From: a virus
Lineage: Duplodnaviria > Heunggongvirae > Uroviricota > Caudoviricetes
Virus record (IMG/VR): IMGVR_UViG_2684623011_000001
Location: 53,091 to 117,090 of that record
DNA length: 64,000 bases
Direction: 5' to 3' (one strand)
This document shows, piece by piece, positions 1-10,618 of the stretch; position 1 is the stretch's first letter; every line of letters begins with the position of its first letter. The notes under the pieces are model-generated. The model saw only the letters and a program-made list of their open reading frames with translations, was not told where the DNA came from and searched no databases. The position numbers were made by a program, and so were the translations under genes.

Positions 1-8
1 GAAAAAGT

Positions 9-1157
9 TTGACGCGGTTAAGTAGGGAACAATTAAACGAACTAAAAAAGAAATACAATGTGGATCGTATTTGGAGTTTTTCACGAGTAAATGCTGCTCA
101 ATCATGTTTTTGGGATTATTGGGCTAGATACGTAAAACACATGGATATTGATGGCAGTAGCATCTATACAGAGTGGGGAACTAATAGCCATGATTTAGTA
201 CAGGAATTTGTAGCTGGAGATATTGATGCTGAAGAAGTTCCTGTCAAATGGAAAGAATATATAGACAAATGGGAACAAGACCCAAATGCATTTCAATTTG
301 ATACTAAGCAGATTGAACGTGGCTACTTAAATAATTTAAAACATTATTTTAGCCACCTTACTACTATTAAAGGAACCAATATTCAGAATGAAAAACCAGT
401 TCTTGCACGTATTGGTGATAAGAAACAATTTGTGTTCGTTGGTTACATTGATACTCAATATACTGATGAAGATGGCAATACAGTGCTAGTTGATTATAAA
501 ACATCTAGCAAGAGTAGTTTTTCCAAAGCGAAGTTGCCTGAAAAGTCACGTCAACTTATGTTATATGCAATTGGTAAACATCAATACAATCATATTCCAT
601 ACGATAAGATTAAATGTCGTTTTGACATGATGAAATATTTAACTGTTCACTATCGCCAAGAGAATGGTAAGTGGAATACTAGCATTCAAGAACGTGCAAA
701 ATGGGTATCTAAGATGGAGAAGAAGCTTGTTACAAAGCTTAAAAAGTTAGACGTTGATCAAGATAACATAGAAGAATTGATTCAAGTTGCAATTGCGTCA
801 AATAACCTTGAATGTATGCCTAAGGAAATTCAAGAACAATTTTTTACTTCAAATTATTATATTGAAATTCCTATCAACGAAGAGCTGTGTGATAAGGTAG
901 CTCAAGATATTGCAGCTGATTGTACTGATATAGTTGATTTTGAAAAGATGTCATCTGCTGACCAAGAAGCATTTTTAGAGCTTAATTTTCCATATAACCC
1001 CAATAATTATTATGATAAGAAACTTTGCGCATATCATCGTAGTCAATACTTCAAGGATAGGGAGGCAACATTAGACGATATGTTAAAACCTGAAAATGAT
1101 GAGCAAATAAATACACTTTTTGAAGAAGATGAGATTGAAGAAGAGATCTTCTCATAG
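9..1157 (+). CDS. RecB-family PD-(D/E)XK exonuclease
   Basis: 382-aa ORF. Motif GYIDTQYTDEDGNTVLVDYKTS is a D...(D/E)xK nuclease core with the DYKT signature. Alternative TTG start lies at the window edge, so the gene may begin upstream. Confidence 0.6.
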   Translation: MTRLSREQLNELKKKYNVDRIWSFSRVNAAQSCFWDYWARYVKHMDIDGSSIYTEWGTNSHDLVQEFVAGDIDAEEVPVKWKEYIDKWEQDPNAFQFDTKQIERGYLNNLKHYFSHLTTIKGTNIQNEKPVLARIGDKKQFVFVGYIDTQYTDEDGNTVLVDYKTSSKSSFSKAKLPEKSRQLMLYAIGKHQYNHIPYDKIKCRFDMMKYLTVHYRQENGKWNTSIQERAKWVSKMEKKLVTKLKKLDVDQDNIEELIQVAIASNNLECMPKEIQEQFFTSNYYIEIPINEELCDKVAQDIAADCTDIVDFEKMSSADQEAFLELNFPYNPNNYYDKKLCAYHRSQYFKDREATLDDMLKPENDEQINTLFEEDEIEEEIFS

Positions 1158-1255
1158 ATATTAATAAAGAAAATTTATTAATATCTATACAAAGTAATGC
1201 TGGTGAAGAATACACTGGCAACAAGAATAAGATAATATTTTAAGGCGGGTAATGA

Positions 1256-4200
1256 ATGAATAATAAGCGTTGGACACCTCTCCATTTTCATTCGGATGAA
1301 TCAAATGGACTACACTATTTTGAAGTATGCAACAAATATAGTGATTATGTTAAATACTCTGTGGCTCACGGTATTAAATCAATTGCTGTTACTAATCATG
1401 GAACAGTAGCTAATTGGATCTCACATAAACTAGAAGCTGAAAAGGCAGGTCTTAAATTTATTGCCGGTGAAGAAGCTTATGTAACCATGTCTCTAGAAGA
1501 TAAGAGTCGTTATCATACAATCATTCTTGCTAAGAATTATGAAGGTGTAAAAACATTAAATCAGTTGTCTAGTGATTCTTTTAAACCCGATCACTTCTAT
1601 TACAAACCACGTATTACTTTTAACGAATTAAAATCAGCGGTAGAAAAGGGCAATATTTATATAACAACTGCTTGCTTAGCTTCTGGATTAGCACAATCAT
1701 TTCTAAAGCATGATGACGAAACGCATCAATTGTGGGTGGATTTAGCAATTAATAATAAAGAAAACGTGTTTTTAGAAGTCCAGCCTCATAATGATCCTGA
1801 GCAGAAAGTCTACAATCAGCACTTAATAGAACTTGCTGATAAATATGATCTACATCTTATCGCAAGTAATGATATTCATGCATTAGATCCTGAATCTGAT
1901 CGTATTAGAAAAATTATTAAAGAAGGTAAAGGATCAAAGTATGATGACGAAGATAATTTTGAATTATGGTGTAAAACTTATGACGAGATGTTCAGTGACT
2001 TTAAAAAGCAAGGTGTACTAAGCGATACTCAGATAGGTGAATCATTAAACCTTACTAATATTATTGCAGATAGTGTAGAGGAATTTGAATTAGACAGAAG
2101 TCATAAATATCCTCATTTGTATGAGAAACCAGAAAAGGAGTTTCAACGAGTAATTCGTGAAGGAATCCATAAAAGAGGTATAGATAAATTACCAAAAGAA
2201 CAACAAAAAGTTTATGTTGAACGAATCAATCATGAATATAAGATCTATAAGAATAATGGCTCAATAGATTATATGTTAACTGATAAAGCAATGATTGATG
2301 CAGCCAAAGAGCATGGTATTAATGTCTCATATGGACGTGGTTCTGTTTCTGGATCGCTGATTGCATATCTAACGGGTAGTACTGAAATGGACTCAGTTAA
2401 GTATGGATTAAGCTTCGAACGTTTTATGAATCCAGAGCGTATATCACTTGCGGACGTTGATCACGATTGGTTTTCAGAAGATAAAGAATGGATTCAACAA
2501 TGGTTGCTAACTAATAATCAATGGCACGCTGCTTCTATTTTGACGTTAAATACTTATGGACTTAAAGGAGCAATTAAAGCAATTGCTGATGGAATGCCGA
2601 GATACAAAGGAAAGCCAGCTTATATTCAATCTATTCGTAATCAAATAGGTGATGACGGCTTTATCCCGACTGCTCTATATGAGGAACATCAAGAATTAAT
2701 TGATTTAGCAAAAAAGATTGTTGGAGTTGTGGATTCATTCGGACGACATGCTGCTGGAATAGTTGTAAATACTGATACGATTGAAGATACTATGGGAACT
2801 ATGCGAGTCACTGGGTGGAATTATGCTGTGTCTCAAATAACTATGCACGATATTGAATATTGTGGCTGGGTTAAGTACGATGTGTTAGGACTAGATAATA
2901 TAGGGCTAATCTCACGTACCACTGAATTAGCAGGGATTCCATTCCCCACACCAGATAGTGATTTTATTGATTTTGAAGACGAAGCCGTATGGAATTCAAT
3001 GAGAGAAAACAACATTGGTGTATTCCAAATGGAAGGTGATCGTGCTGGTAAATTACTGAGTGATATGTTATCTCCAGAAACTATTCGGAATATTCGTTCT
3101 AATGAAGCTGGTAAAGATGTTAAGTATATGGACTTGTTAAGCTTGGTTAATGCTGCTCAAAGGCCATCAGGTGCCTCGTATGTTGATGCGGTTACTCATG
3201 GACGATTTAAGGATAATGATCATCCTGCGTTAAACAAGTTCTTAGCACCTACTCTTGGGAATCTTGTTTATCAGGAACAATTGATTCAGTTCTTAGTAGA
3301 ATTTTGCGGACGAAGTGCAGGTGAGGCAGACGTTCTCAGACGTGCGGTGGGCCATAAGATCAAGTCGGTCATTGACGAAGAAGTTCCAAAAATCCATAAA
3401 GACTTTCTTAATACTATGGTTACAAAATACAATGATTCACAAGAACATGCCGAAAAAATAGCCGATGATTTCATTCAAGTTTTCATGGACGCAGCCAATT
3501 ATGGTTTCTCCATCAATCATTCAATGGCCTATTCGTATATTGGTTATATTTCGACTTGGTTGCGTTATTACTACCCATTGGAATGGTGTACGGCAGCCTT
3601 CCAAATTTGGGAGGGCAAGCAAGATAAGTTAAATAAGGTAGTAAATTTTGCAAAAGAGCAAGGTATTGAGTTAAAACCTGTAAAATTTCGTAAGTCAAAA
3701 GGGAATTACTTTCTAGATAAATCTGATAAATTTATCTATGAAGGAACCGCTTCAATCAAGGGTGTTAACGGCTCTGATGGAGATGAGCTATACTTATTGC
3801 GCGATAAGGAATATGGCACATTTACCGATTTATTAATCGATATTTATGATAGTAAGAAAGTGAAGTATAAAAGTAATGGTATATATGTAAACGTTGATAT
3901 GAATACCATTTATAACAATTTACCAGAAGAGAAAATTAAGCTGATTGATAAATCAATCGCCAAGTCTGATGGTAGGTACGAACAAATGATCACAAAACCG
4001 ATTGACATAGTTTCATCTCATGTGATAAGTTTAATTTTGTTAAATTTCTTTGAAGAATTTGGAAAACCGAAGAAATTAATTCAAGTTTATGAGTTCTTCA
4101 AAAAGAATTACAAGCCTAATAATAAACGCTTACTAGGTAAATGCCAAAAATATAAAGCTTGCGTTTTGTATGAGAAACAACTTAAAGATGAAGATTACCC

Positions 4201-4525
4201 ATTATCTACTCAATTACAAAATGAATTTAAGCTTTTAGGACGTTGTATTACAAAGTCACCTAGTACGCCGGGAGGTTATGCGTTTATAACCGATGTGGTA
4301 ATGCGATCGAATAAGGCGGTTGTTAAACTCTATTCGATCAAGAAAGGAGTAGAAGTTCAATGCTTTGTATCAATAAGGGATTATGAACAAAGTCATTTGA
4401 ATAAAGGAAATATTATTAAAATTAATTCAGTATATAAGCGACCGAAAATGACAAAACAAAATGGTACATGGATTAGAACAAAAACAAATGAGCTATGGTT
4501 GAATAGTTTTACCATAGCTCAATAA
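1256..4525 (+). CDS. DNA polymerase, PHP-domain DnaE (Pol III alpha)-like
   Basis: 1089-aa ORF. N-terminal PHP signature (HFHSDESNGL, VTNHGTVAN). Size and fold-level resemblance to the Pol III alpha catalytic core. First in-frame ATG at 1252 hits a stop, so start set at 1256. Confidence 0.65.
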   Translation: MNNKRWTPLHFHSDESNGLHYFEVCNKYSDYVKYSVAHGIKSIAVTNHGTVANWISHKLEAEKAGLKFIAGEEAYVTMSLEDKSRYHTIILAKNYEGVKTLNQLSSDSFKPDHFYYKPRITFNELKSAVEKGNIYITTACLASGLAQSFLKHDDETHQLWVDLAINNKENVFLEVQPHNDPEQKVYNQHLIELADKYDLHLIASNDIHALDPESDRIRKIIKEGKGSKYDDEDNFELWCKTYDEMFSDFKKQGVLSDTQIGESLNLTNIIADSVEEFELDRSHKYPHLYEKPEKEFQRVIREGIHKRGIDKLPKEQQKVYVERINHEYKIYKNNGSIDYMLTDKAMIDAAKEHGINVSYGRGSVSGSLIAYLTGSTEMDSVKYGLSFERFMNPERISLADVDHDWFSEDKEWIQQWLLTNNQWHAASILTLNTYGLKGAIKAIADGMPRYKGKPAYIQSIRNQIGDDGFIPTALYEEHQELIDLAKKIVGVVDSFGRHAAGIVVNTDTIEDTMGTMRVTGWNYAVSQITMHDIEYCGWVKYDVLGLDNIGLISRTTELAGIPFPTPDSDFIDFEDEAVWNSMRENNIGVFQMEGDRAGKLLSDMLSPETIRNIRSNEAGKDVKYMDLLSLVNAAQRPSGASYVDAVTHGRFKDNDHPALNKFLAPTLGNLVYQEQLIQFLVEFCGRSAGEADVLRRAVGHKIKSVIDEEVPKIHKDFLNTMVTKYNDSQEHAEKIADDFIQVFMDAANYGFSINHSMAYSYIGYISTWLRYYYPLEWCTAAFQIWEGKQDKLNKVVNFAKEQGIELKPVKFRKSKGNYFLDKSDKFIYEGTASIKGVNGSDGDELYLLRDKEYGTFTDLLIDIYDSKKVKYKSNGIYVNVDMNTIYNNLPEEKIKLIDKSIAKSDGRYEQMITKPIDIVSSHVISLILLNFFEEFGKPKKLIQVYEFFKKNYKPNNKRLLGKCQKYKACVLYEKQLKDEDYPLSTQLQNEFKLLGRCITKSPSTPGGYAFITDVVMRSNKAVVKLYSIKKGVEVQCFVSIRDYEQSHLNKGNIIKINSVYKRPKMTKQNGTWIRTKTNELWLNSFTIAQ

Positions 4526-4552
4526 AGTATATTCTGGGGGAGATAAACGCAT

Positions 4553-5047
4553 ATGATGATCATGAACGTGAGGGTCGTTCAAGAAGCCTTTAGTAGGGAT
4601 AAGGAGTTCTACAATGCAGTTAGAAACTTCGAAACTTTACAATTGTTAGCATATAGTGACAAATCAGGCGATTCATATAACGCTTGTGTAAAGGTCGGAA
4701 ATGAATTACAACTTTTAATTCGCCGCCTCTTAAACATTACTAACAATCATATTGTTGTGTGTAGGACATATAATGATATGGTATGGATGTTAGAGCTGGA
4801 CTACTTTGATGATGGAGCAGATCTGTATTTATCAACTGAGTGGCCTGATATGACAGATTTAGCAGATGCAGGGTTAACTTCATTGAATGGTGAAATTTTA
4901 AATATCGCATGGTTCTCTGACATGATTCAAGAACAATATGATATCGCTAATGGTAGTGAATTTACAGAAGAAATAGATGGCTTGATTGACTTTATCCATC
5001 AATTAGAAATAGAAAAACAAAATACAAGATTGCTAAAAGAGGCATAA
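4553..5047 (+). CDS. hypothetical protein
   Basis: 164-aa ORF packed between the polymerase and ligase genes, same strand. Confidence 0.5.
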   Translation: MMIMNVRVVQEAFSRDKEFYNAVRNFETLQLLAYSDKSGDSYNACVKVGNELQLLIRRLLNITNNHIVVCRTYNDMVWMLELDYFDDGADLYLSTEWPDMTDLADAGLTSLNGEILNIAWFSDMIQEQYDIANGSEFTEEIDGLIDFIHQLEIEKQNTRLLKEA

Positions 5048-5051
5048 GAAA

Positions 5052-6407
5052 ATGAAAATTAAAGAGCTAAAAGAATTATTTAATCAATTGGGTAACACAA
5101 GTTCTAATACGGATAAAATTGCTATCCTAAAAGGTAATAAAGATAAAGAGCTCTTTGTGAAGACGCTTCAGTTCGTATATGATGACTTCATACGGACTGG
5201 AGTTTCTTTTAAGAGCTTAAATAGTAAAATAATAGACTTTAAGGCAGGGGAAATTGATACTGATAGTCAAGGTGAATATTCTCTAGAGTCTCTAATGGAA
5301 TATGTTAAGGAGCATAATACTGGGACACATAGTACTATCATGTTAATTCAGGATTTTGCAAGTATGTTTCCTGACGAAAAGGAATTTATCTACCATATAT
5401 TTGCTAAGGATATCAAAGTGGGTATCACAGCAAAAACTATTAATAAAGCTTTGGGTAAAGGATTTATCCGTGAATTTAGCGTTCAACTTGCACATCCGTA
5501 TCACAAGTATGCAGAAAAAGTTACAGGTAACGAATTTACCTTAACTCAAAAATTGGACGGTCATAGATCTGTATTCATTGTTAAGAATGGCAAGGGGCAA
5601 TTCTATACTCGTAAGGGATTACCTATTCATGGATTAGAGATACAAACCGCAGAAGCTATGAAGCTAGCAGAGGTATTAGGGAATAACGGTTCTATAGATT
5701 ATGTTCTTGATGGCGAACTAGTATTATCTAATGACGACAACTTAAAAACGAAAGATTTATTTAGAGCCACTTCACGTGTTCTGCGTAGTGAAACGGCAGA
5801 TAAAAGTCGAATTCAGTATAATATATTTGATGCTTTACCGACAGAAGAATTTGAACGAGGAAAATCAAAAGATACATTCAAGGTGCGGAAAGACTTTTTG
5901 TCAACTTTTATGGATGCCATCGCATATGATCATCCTGGGTCGCTTAACCATTTACATCTAGTGAAGAACCTTTACAGTGGTTCTGATATTTCAATAATTA
6001 AAAAATTACAACACGACCTTGTTGAAGCAAATGGCTGGGAAGGGCTTATGCTTAATCTTAATAATGAATATTATGTAACCAAGCGAACAAGTGGTTTACT
6101 TAAAATTAAGGAGTTCTTTGATGCTGACGTCTTGGTGAAGGATATATTCGAGGGAACCGGCAAGTTCAAAGGAACCCTTGGCGGAATTATTGCTGACTAT
6201 AAAGGTTATACTATTCGTATTGGTTCTGGATTTACTGACGCTGATAGAGGATATTATTGGAATAATCCAGATGAGATTATTGGCAAGATAGTTGATATTA
6301 GCTATTTTGAAGAAACACACAACCAGAAGAATGATGATATTAGTCTAAGATTTGGAACTTTTATTTCAGTAAGAACTGACAAAGATGAACCCTCATATGA
6401 GGTTTAA
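5052..6407 (+). CDS. ATP-dependent DNA ligase
   Basis: 451 aa. Motif I KLDGHR (TQKLDGHRSVF), EG-motif WEGLMLN, LLKIK motif near C-terminus. Confidence 0.8.
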   Translation: MKIKELKELFNQLGNTSSNTDKIAILKGNKDKELFVKTLQFVYDDFIRTGVSFKSLNSKIIDFKAGEIDTDSQGEYSLESLMEYVKEHNTGTHSTIMLIQDFASMFPDEKEFIYHIFAKDIKVGITAKTINKALGKGFIREFSVQLAHPYHKYAEKVTGNEFTLTQKLDGHRSVFIVKNGKGQFYTRKGLPIHGLEIQTAEAMKLAEVLGNNGSIDYVLDGELVLSNDDNLKTKDLFRATSRVLRSETADKSRIQYNIFDALPTEEFERGKSKDTFKVRKDFLSTFMDAIAYDHPGSLNHLHLVKNLYSGSDISIIKKLQHDLVEANGWEGLMLNLNNEYYVTKRTSGLLKIKEFFDADVLVKDIFEGTGKFKGTLGGIIADYKGYTIRIGSGFTDADRGYYWNNPDEIIGKIVDISYFEETHNQKNDDISLRFGTFISVRTDKDEPSYEV

Positions 6408-6492
6408 TTTTGATGTTTTTATAGTCAATTAATAGACTTTTTATAAAGTAATCAATATACTAAACTAGTAAATTAAAGGGGGAATCTAATCC

Positions 6493-6975
6493 TTGAAACA
6501 AAAAGCAGGAACATGGTTTGGTGAGAAAACTCATTATAAGGACTATGTATTTGACTCCAAGAAAGAAGAAGCATTTTTTAGAGGATTTATAGAGAATTCT
6601 GGATATAAGTTTGATGTACATAAGAGCTTTAAGCTTCATCCGATTATTGAAATGTGTAATGGCGTTTTGAAACTAAGAAGTAGTAGTTATGCTCCTGATT
6701 TTGTTTTATACGATGACAAGGGCAATATCTCCCACGTAATAGATGTTAAAAATAGTTTTACATCATTTGCTATTGATTCAGCTGCGGCTCTTAGATTTAA
6801 ACTCTTTGCGTTGAAATATAAGATTCCAGTTGAAGTTGTAGTTCCGCGTGTTAAATCTTTTCGAGTAAAGATAATGGGAACAACAAAGAAGTTCGAACCA
6901 ATTGTAAAGTATGACTTTAACTATAACGTCAACGATTTAGTTGGTGAAGCATACGAAGGGAATGCTACTCGTTAA
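6493..6975 (+). CDS. hypothetical protein, possible PD-(D/E)XK nuclease fold
   Basis: 160 aa. TTG start with a GGGGG RBS. PDFVLY...IDVKN resembles the (P)D-(D/E)xK pattern. Confidence 0.4.
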   Translation: MKQKAGTWFGEKTHYKDYVFDSKKEEAFFRGFIENSGYKFDVHKSFKLHPIIEMCNGVLKLRSSSYAPDFVLYDDKGNISHVIDVKNSFTSFAIDSAAALRFKLFALKYKIPVEVVVPRVKSFRVKIMGTTKKFEPIVKYDFNYNVNDLVGEAYEGNATR

Positions 6976-7030
6976 TGATTAGATGACACGGGTTACTTTC
7001 AACAACAATTCACGGAAAGGATGAAACAAT

Positions 7031-7348
7031 TTGGCTTCAATTTGGGAAAAGACATTTGGTAAACGAAATGCTAAGAAAAACGTTGCCCGAGAATTGTCTG
7101 AAAAGATTATTGAATACAAAAATGACTATGGTTACGAAACAATTGCAGAAGCAGTGGTTCAAGTAGGTAATTCATACGAATTTGCTAAAGATATGGATCA
7201 CGCAGCTCCAATTTATGCAGTATGGAGAAGTGCCAAGGAGCTAAATGTACTTGATATGGCCGTTATGAGAGCCATTACTGAACAGGATAAATATGAAGAT
7301 GAATCTGATGATAACGATGATTCGAGTGCAGCTTTAGCAACAGCTTAG
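7031..7348 (+). CDS. hypothetical protein with acidic C-terminus
   Basis: 105-aa ORF ending DESDDNDDSSAALATA. Confidence 0.45.
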   Translation: MASIWEKTFGKRNAKKNVARELSEKIIEYKNDYGYETIAEAVVQVGNSYEFAKDMDHAAPIYAVWRSAKELNVLDMAVMRAITEQDKYEDESDDNDDSSAALATA

Positions 7349-7369
7349 TTTAGTAAAAGGTGGATTTTA

Positions 7370-7639
7370 TTGAAAGATTGGTTAAAGAACAACAAGTATA
7401 AAATTATCATTTTACCTGCGGTTTTATTAGTTGGAATCTTTATTGGTACTTGCACTAATAAGACAGTATATGCAGATGAAGACTCACCATTAAAGTCAAT
7501 TGGTGGTTGGGCGTTTATTTACCGTTCAGGACTAGCTGTAGATAAAGAAACCCATGTTCAATACATTGTGGTAAAGAATGGCGACGGCATCTCTGTTACT
7601 CCACGGTTAAACGCAAATGGAAAGCCAATGACAAAATAA
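7370..7639 (+). CDS. small membrane/secreted protein
   Basis: 89 aa. TTG start after an AAGGTGG RBS. N-terminal hydrophobic segment. Confidence 0.45.
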   Translation: MKDWLKNNKYKIIILPAVLLVGIFIGTCTNKTVYADEDSPLKSIGGWAFIYRSGLAVDKETHVQYIVVKNGDGISVTPRLNANGKPMTK

Positions 7640-7660
7640 ATTTTAAGGAGAATTAATTAA

Positions 7661-7803
7661 ATGACAGGATTAAAAGCACAAATTAAGAAGTATTTACGTA
7701 GTAACGGAATCAACATGATTACTAACGATCAAGGTCGTTCAATTCGTTTGGGTAATGCGAAGACACAAGATTTACTCAAGGTAGCAGTAAAGCATGGCTT
7801 TTA
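7661..7803 (+). CDS. small hypothetical protein (47 aa)
   Basis: ATG preceded by a strong TAAGGAG RBS. Not in the supplied track because it is under 60 aa. Confidence 0.3.
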
Positions 7804-8021
7804 ACATAGTAGAATGGCTGGCTGAAAAACAGCTTTATTTCCAAAGTGGCTGCAAATATACATAGTTCTAATTGCTTCTGTTGGTTTATTTGCATTAATA
7901 CCAGTGTTAATTGCGTTGCCAATATGGGTAATTTTTCATGGGAACATAGTGCTTGGTATTATTTTAGCCATTTTTGTAAGTGGACCACTCATGACGGTAT
8001 TACTCACGGGGGAAGAGAGTG

Positions 8022-8333
8022 ATGTTTGGTATTAAAGATAATTTCTTTGGCGAAATAGAGGCCCAAGCGTTAGTAGACAGCTTACGAATGTCTAGGAGTA
8101 ACGCTGCGATTGGAGTTAAAAACGACTGTTCTTATTGCCAGGAACCTTACAGGAAAATGTGGCTATTTGACGGCTTACTCTATTTGCAAATTGAACACGC
8201 CGATGGTCTACATTACTTAAATGTGATACCTAATGGCGATTCAGAAGACGTGGGTTCCTTATATGACCTTTGCGCTAGTCAAGAAATATATTTTTGTCCT
8301 ATGTGTGGAGAAAAATTTGAGAAGGAAGAGTAA
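8022..8333 (+). CDS. zinc-ribbon protein
   Basis: CSYCQ ... CPMCGEK cysteine pairs. Start moved from the track's GTG to the in-frame ATG. Confidence 0.5.
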   Translation: MFGIKDNFFGEIEAQALVDSLRMSRSNAAIGVKNDCSYCQEPYRKMWLFDGLLYLQIEHADGLHYLNVIPNGDSEDVGSLYDLCASQEIYFCPMCGEKFEKEE

Positions 8334-8528
8334 ATGATGAAATTTATTTTAGGTCTGGGAATTGGAATATGCCTAAGTTTCCTGGTATTCACGACATACC
8401 TTTTAGCAATAAATAACATTAATGGGCTGAGTGCTAGAACCTGGGGAATGATTTTAGTAGGACTGGAACTAGGTTTAGCTGTTATTGGCTCGTGTCTTGT
8501 TCTCTACGCCTGGTGGCATTTGCGTTAA
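8334..8528 (+). CDS. small membrane protein
   Basis: 64 aa with two hydrophobic helices. Start abuts the stop of the upstream gene (TAAATG). Confidence 0.5.
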   Translation: MMKFILGLGIGICLSFLVFTTYLLAINNINGLSARTWGMILVGLELGLAVIGSCLVLYAWWHLR

Positions 8529-8552
8529 AGGAAATATCGAGGAGGAAGATTA

Positions 8553-8960
8553 ATGACCACGATTAAAGTAAATACATTATGCAGGATTGATGAAGAGAAT
8601 CCGACGCCCGTTAAAGAGCAAGAGATTGCCCTAAATGTTACGGCTGTTGACCCTAAAGCAGATTTTCAAAATTTCGTGTTGGGGATTGAAAACTATATGC
8701 AATGTTGTGAAGATTTCGGAACATTTTCAGATGATATTCCTGAGCAGTTATTTGTTAAAGAAATCCACTCTGATGTGAAGATAACAGAACAACAGGCAAA
8801 AGAGCTACTATCAGATACGTTTGCTGATCCTGGAGACGTTATAGCATATGAGCTAGTAGATAGCGATAATAAAAGCTACTTGTTCGGTGTTTATAATGCC
8901 CACAATGGCTATTATTCTCACGTCATTTACGAGAACGGTGAAGAAATCGACTATTTGTAG
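8553..8960 (+). CDS. hypothetical protein
   Basis: 135-aa ORF. GGAGGAAGATTAATG RBS. Confidence 0.5.
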   Translation: MTTIKVNTLCRIDEENPTPVKEQEIALNVTAVDPKADFQNFVLGIENYMQCCEDFGTFSDDIPEQLFVKEIHSDVKITEQQAKELLSDTFADPGDVIAYELVDSDNKSYLFGVYNAHNGYYSHVIYENGEEIDYL

Positions 8961-8971
8961 GAGGAAGATTA

Positions 8972-9250
8972 ATGACCAACGAAGAATTTATTGCAGTAGC
9001 AAAGGCGAAAGTCTTTGAAAACTATAGGGATAGAATAATCAATAATTTTGCTACGTTTCCCGACTCGCTAACGGTTTTTGTCGCTTGGTATACGAAAGTA
9101 TTACAAAATCACAAAGCATTATTAGGTATTTCTGATCCATATGATCAACATTATTACGAAGTCACATATAACGGTGACAAGGGTGAATTGTACCTAGACG
9201 TATATAGCAAAGAAGAAAATGTTTGCATCAAGGTAAATGAGAATGAGTAG
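8972..9250 (+). CDS. hypothetical protein
   Basis: 92-aa ORF. The same GGAGGAAGATTAATG RBS as the previous gene. Confidence 0.5.
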   Translation: MTNEEFIAVAKAKVFENYRDRIINNFATFPDSLTVFVAWYTKVLQNHKALLGISDPYDQHYYEVTYNGDKGELYLDVYSKEENVCIKVNENE

Positions 9251-9465
9251 TAAGAGAGCAGTAAATCATCAGGGGATAGTATGGAATGAACAACATTTGA
9301 AACATTCTCATCGTAGATATATTAAATACCATTTAACTCGCTCATATCATTCAAGAACTCGATGGCGTCAATTAAGGAGAGAATGTCATATGAATATTTT
9401 CTCTTACCTATATCTTCACGCCACTCGTATTAAATCAACACCTAGAGGAAAGTGGAGTGACAATA

Positions 9466-9672
9466 ATGAATAAATGGGGAATATTCGCTTCAGGATTTTG
9501 TGCGGCGGTCAATGCTTATGCGTTATTTATATCAGTGTTTGGTGATTTTACTCTGGTATTAATTACTAAAGCGGAATGGGTGTTATCTGAACATCCTGGT
9601 TGGCGATTTGCTCTAGCATCATTTTTCTTAGTTGGATTAGTTTGTTCAATTTATAGTGCTTGGAAAGGGTAG
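9466..9672 (+). CDS. small membrane protein
   Basis: Hydrophobic 68 aa. ATG after a GAGGAAAG RBS; the track's GTG start is 9 nt upstream. Confidence 0.45.
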   Translation: MNKWGIFASGFCAAVNAYALFISVFGDFTLVLITKAEWVLSEHPGWRFALASFFLVGLVCSIYSAWKG

Positions 9673-9682
9673 GAGAGATTAA

Positions 9683-10084
9683 ATGAGTAAAGAAAAATGT
9701 CCATACTGTCATTTTGTTGATGCTACTGATCCCGATAGCGATCCATTAGACACTATTATCAGTTCAGATAACGACGTAGAACTATTTATAAAGCCTGATC
9801 GAACATTTGAAGCTATTCTTAACTGTTATGACGGAGTTGATGGAGATTATAGTTTCGCATACAAGATTCCTGACACACTTAATTATTGTTATCACTGTGG
9901 TCGTCGCCTAGATGGAAAAGAGGGCATAGACTGGAACGATTTATTAATAAAGATTGGATTCACATTATCGTTACTTCTCGTCCCTATTAGCATAACTTTA
10001 GCAGTTACGGTTAGTCCAAACTTCTTATGTGGAGTTATGTTGGGTATTATTTTGCCAGTCATTTCTATTGTTTGGGTGGATTAG
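9683..10084 (+). CDS. zinc-finger protein with C-terminal transmembrane segment
   Basis: CPYC ... CYHCGRR motifs followed by a hydrophobic tail. Confidence 0.5.
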   Translation: MSKEKCPYCHFVDATDPDSDPLDTIISSDNDVELFIKPDRTFEAILNCYDGVDGDYSFAYKIPDTLNYCYHCGRRLDGKEGIDWNDLLIKIGFTLSLLLVPISITLAVTVSPNFLCGVMLGIILPVISIVWVD

Positions 10085-10191
10085 GGGGTTAATAAAATAA
10101 TGATTTTATCAATAAATCTCCAGCCGCAAACGTTTTAACATCAATGATTATTTTATAAAATCATTAATATATTCATGAGAGGGCTGATTTA

Positions 10192-10596
10192 ATGGCAAAA
10201 GACGATATTGCGAAAACAAGAAAGAAATTAACAAAACTAATTAGAAAATTTAACAAGGAACAAGTTGAGTATGTTGCTGTAGGAAAGCACGCAGACAATA
10301 CAGATATTGTAATGATTATAGATAGTTGGGGCGCAGATTCTCTACGGCATATCTTAACTATTCGTCCTGGTGGGATTTATTCTACAGATAGATCAACATT
10401 TAAGATTAATGACAACTTGTTAGAATTTATGACAAATTCCTATGAGTTGGTTAAAAAATTAAACGATACTGAAATCCACAGTGATAATATTCGAGGCTTA
10501 GATGCAAACGATATTCCAACAATTAAAAATCCATTTGGAAACAATAATTCAATTGCACAAGGTATTCAAGGGTTTAAACCCAAGGTAGAGTTATAA
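10192..10596 (+). CDS. hypothetical protein
   Basis: 134-aa ORF with an RBS. An AT-rich near-palindrome lies upstream. Confidence 0.5.
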   Translation: MAKDDIAKTRKKLTKLIRKFNKEQVEYVAVGKHADNTDIVMIIDSWGADSLRHILTIRPGGIYSTDRSTFKINDNLLEFMTNSYELVKKLNDTEIHSDNIRGLDANDIPTIKNPFGNNNSIAQGIQGFKPKVEL

Positions 10597-10618
10597 GGAG
10601 GAAATACATAAAGATTAA

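Noticed and set aside
2833-3698. Three minus-strand ORFs (2833-3015, 3286-3474, 3513-3698) inside the polymerase gene
   Set aside because: They are antisense to a long, well-supported CDS, short, with low-complexity composition and no RBS.
5356-6320. Short ORFs inside or antisense to the ligase gene
   Set aside because: They overlap a CDS with clear ligase motifs. They are alternative-frame artefacts of AT-rich sequence.
9237-9473. 78-aa ORF, very basic (R/H/K-rich), between two plus-strand genes
   Set aside because: Its composition looks like non-coding sequence read in frame. It overlaps both neighbours. At most a 28-aa C-terminal peptide with a strong RBS (9390-9476) could be real.
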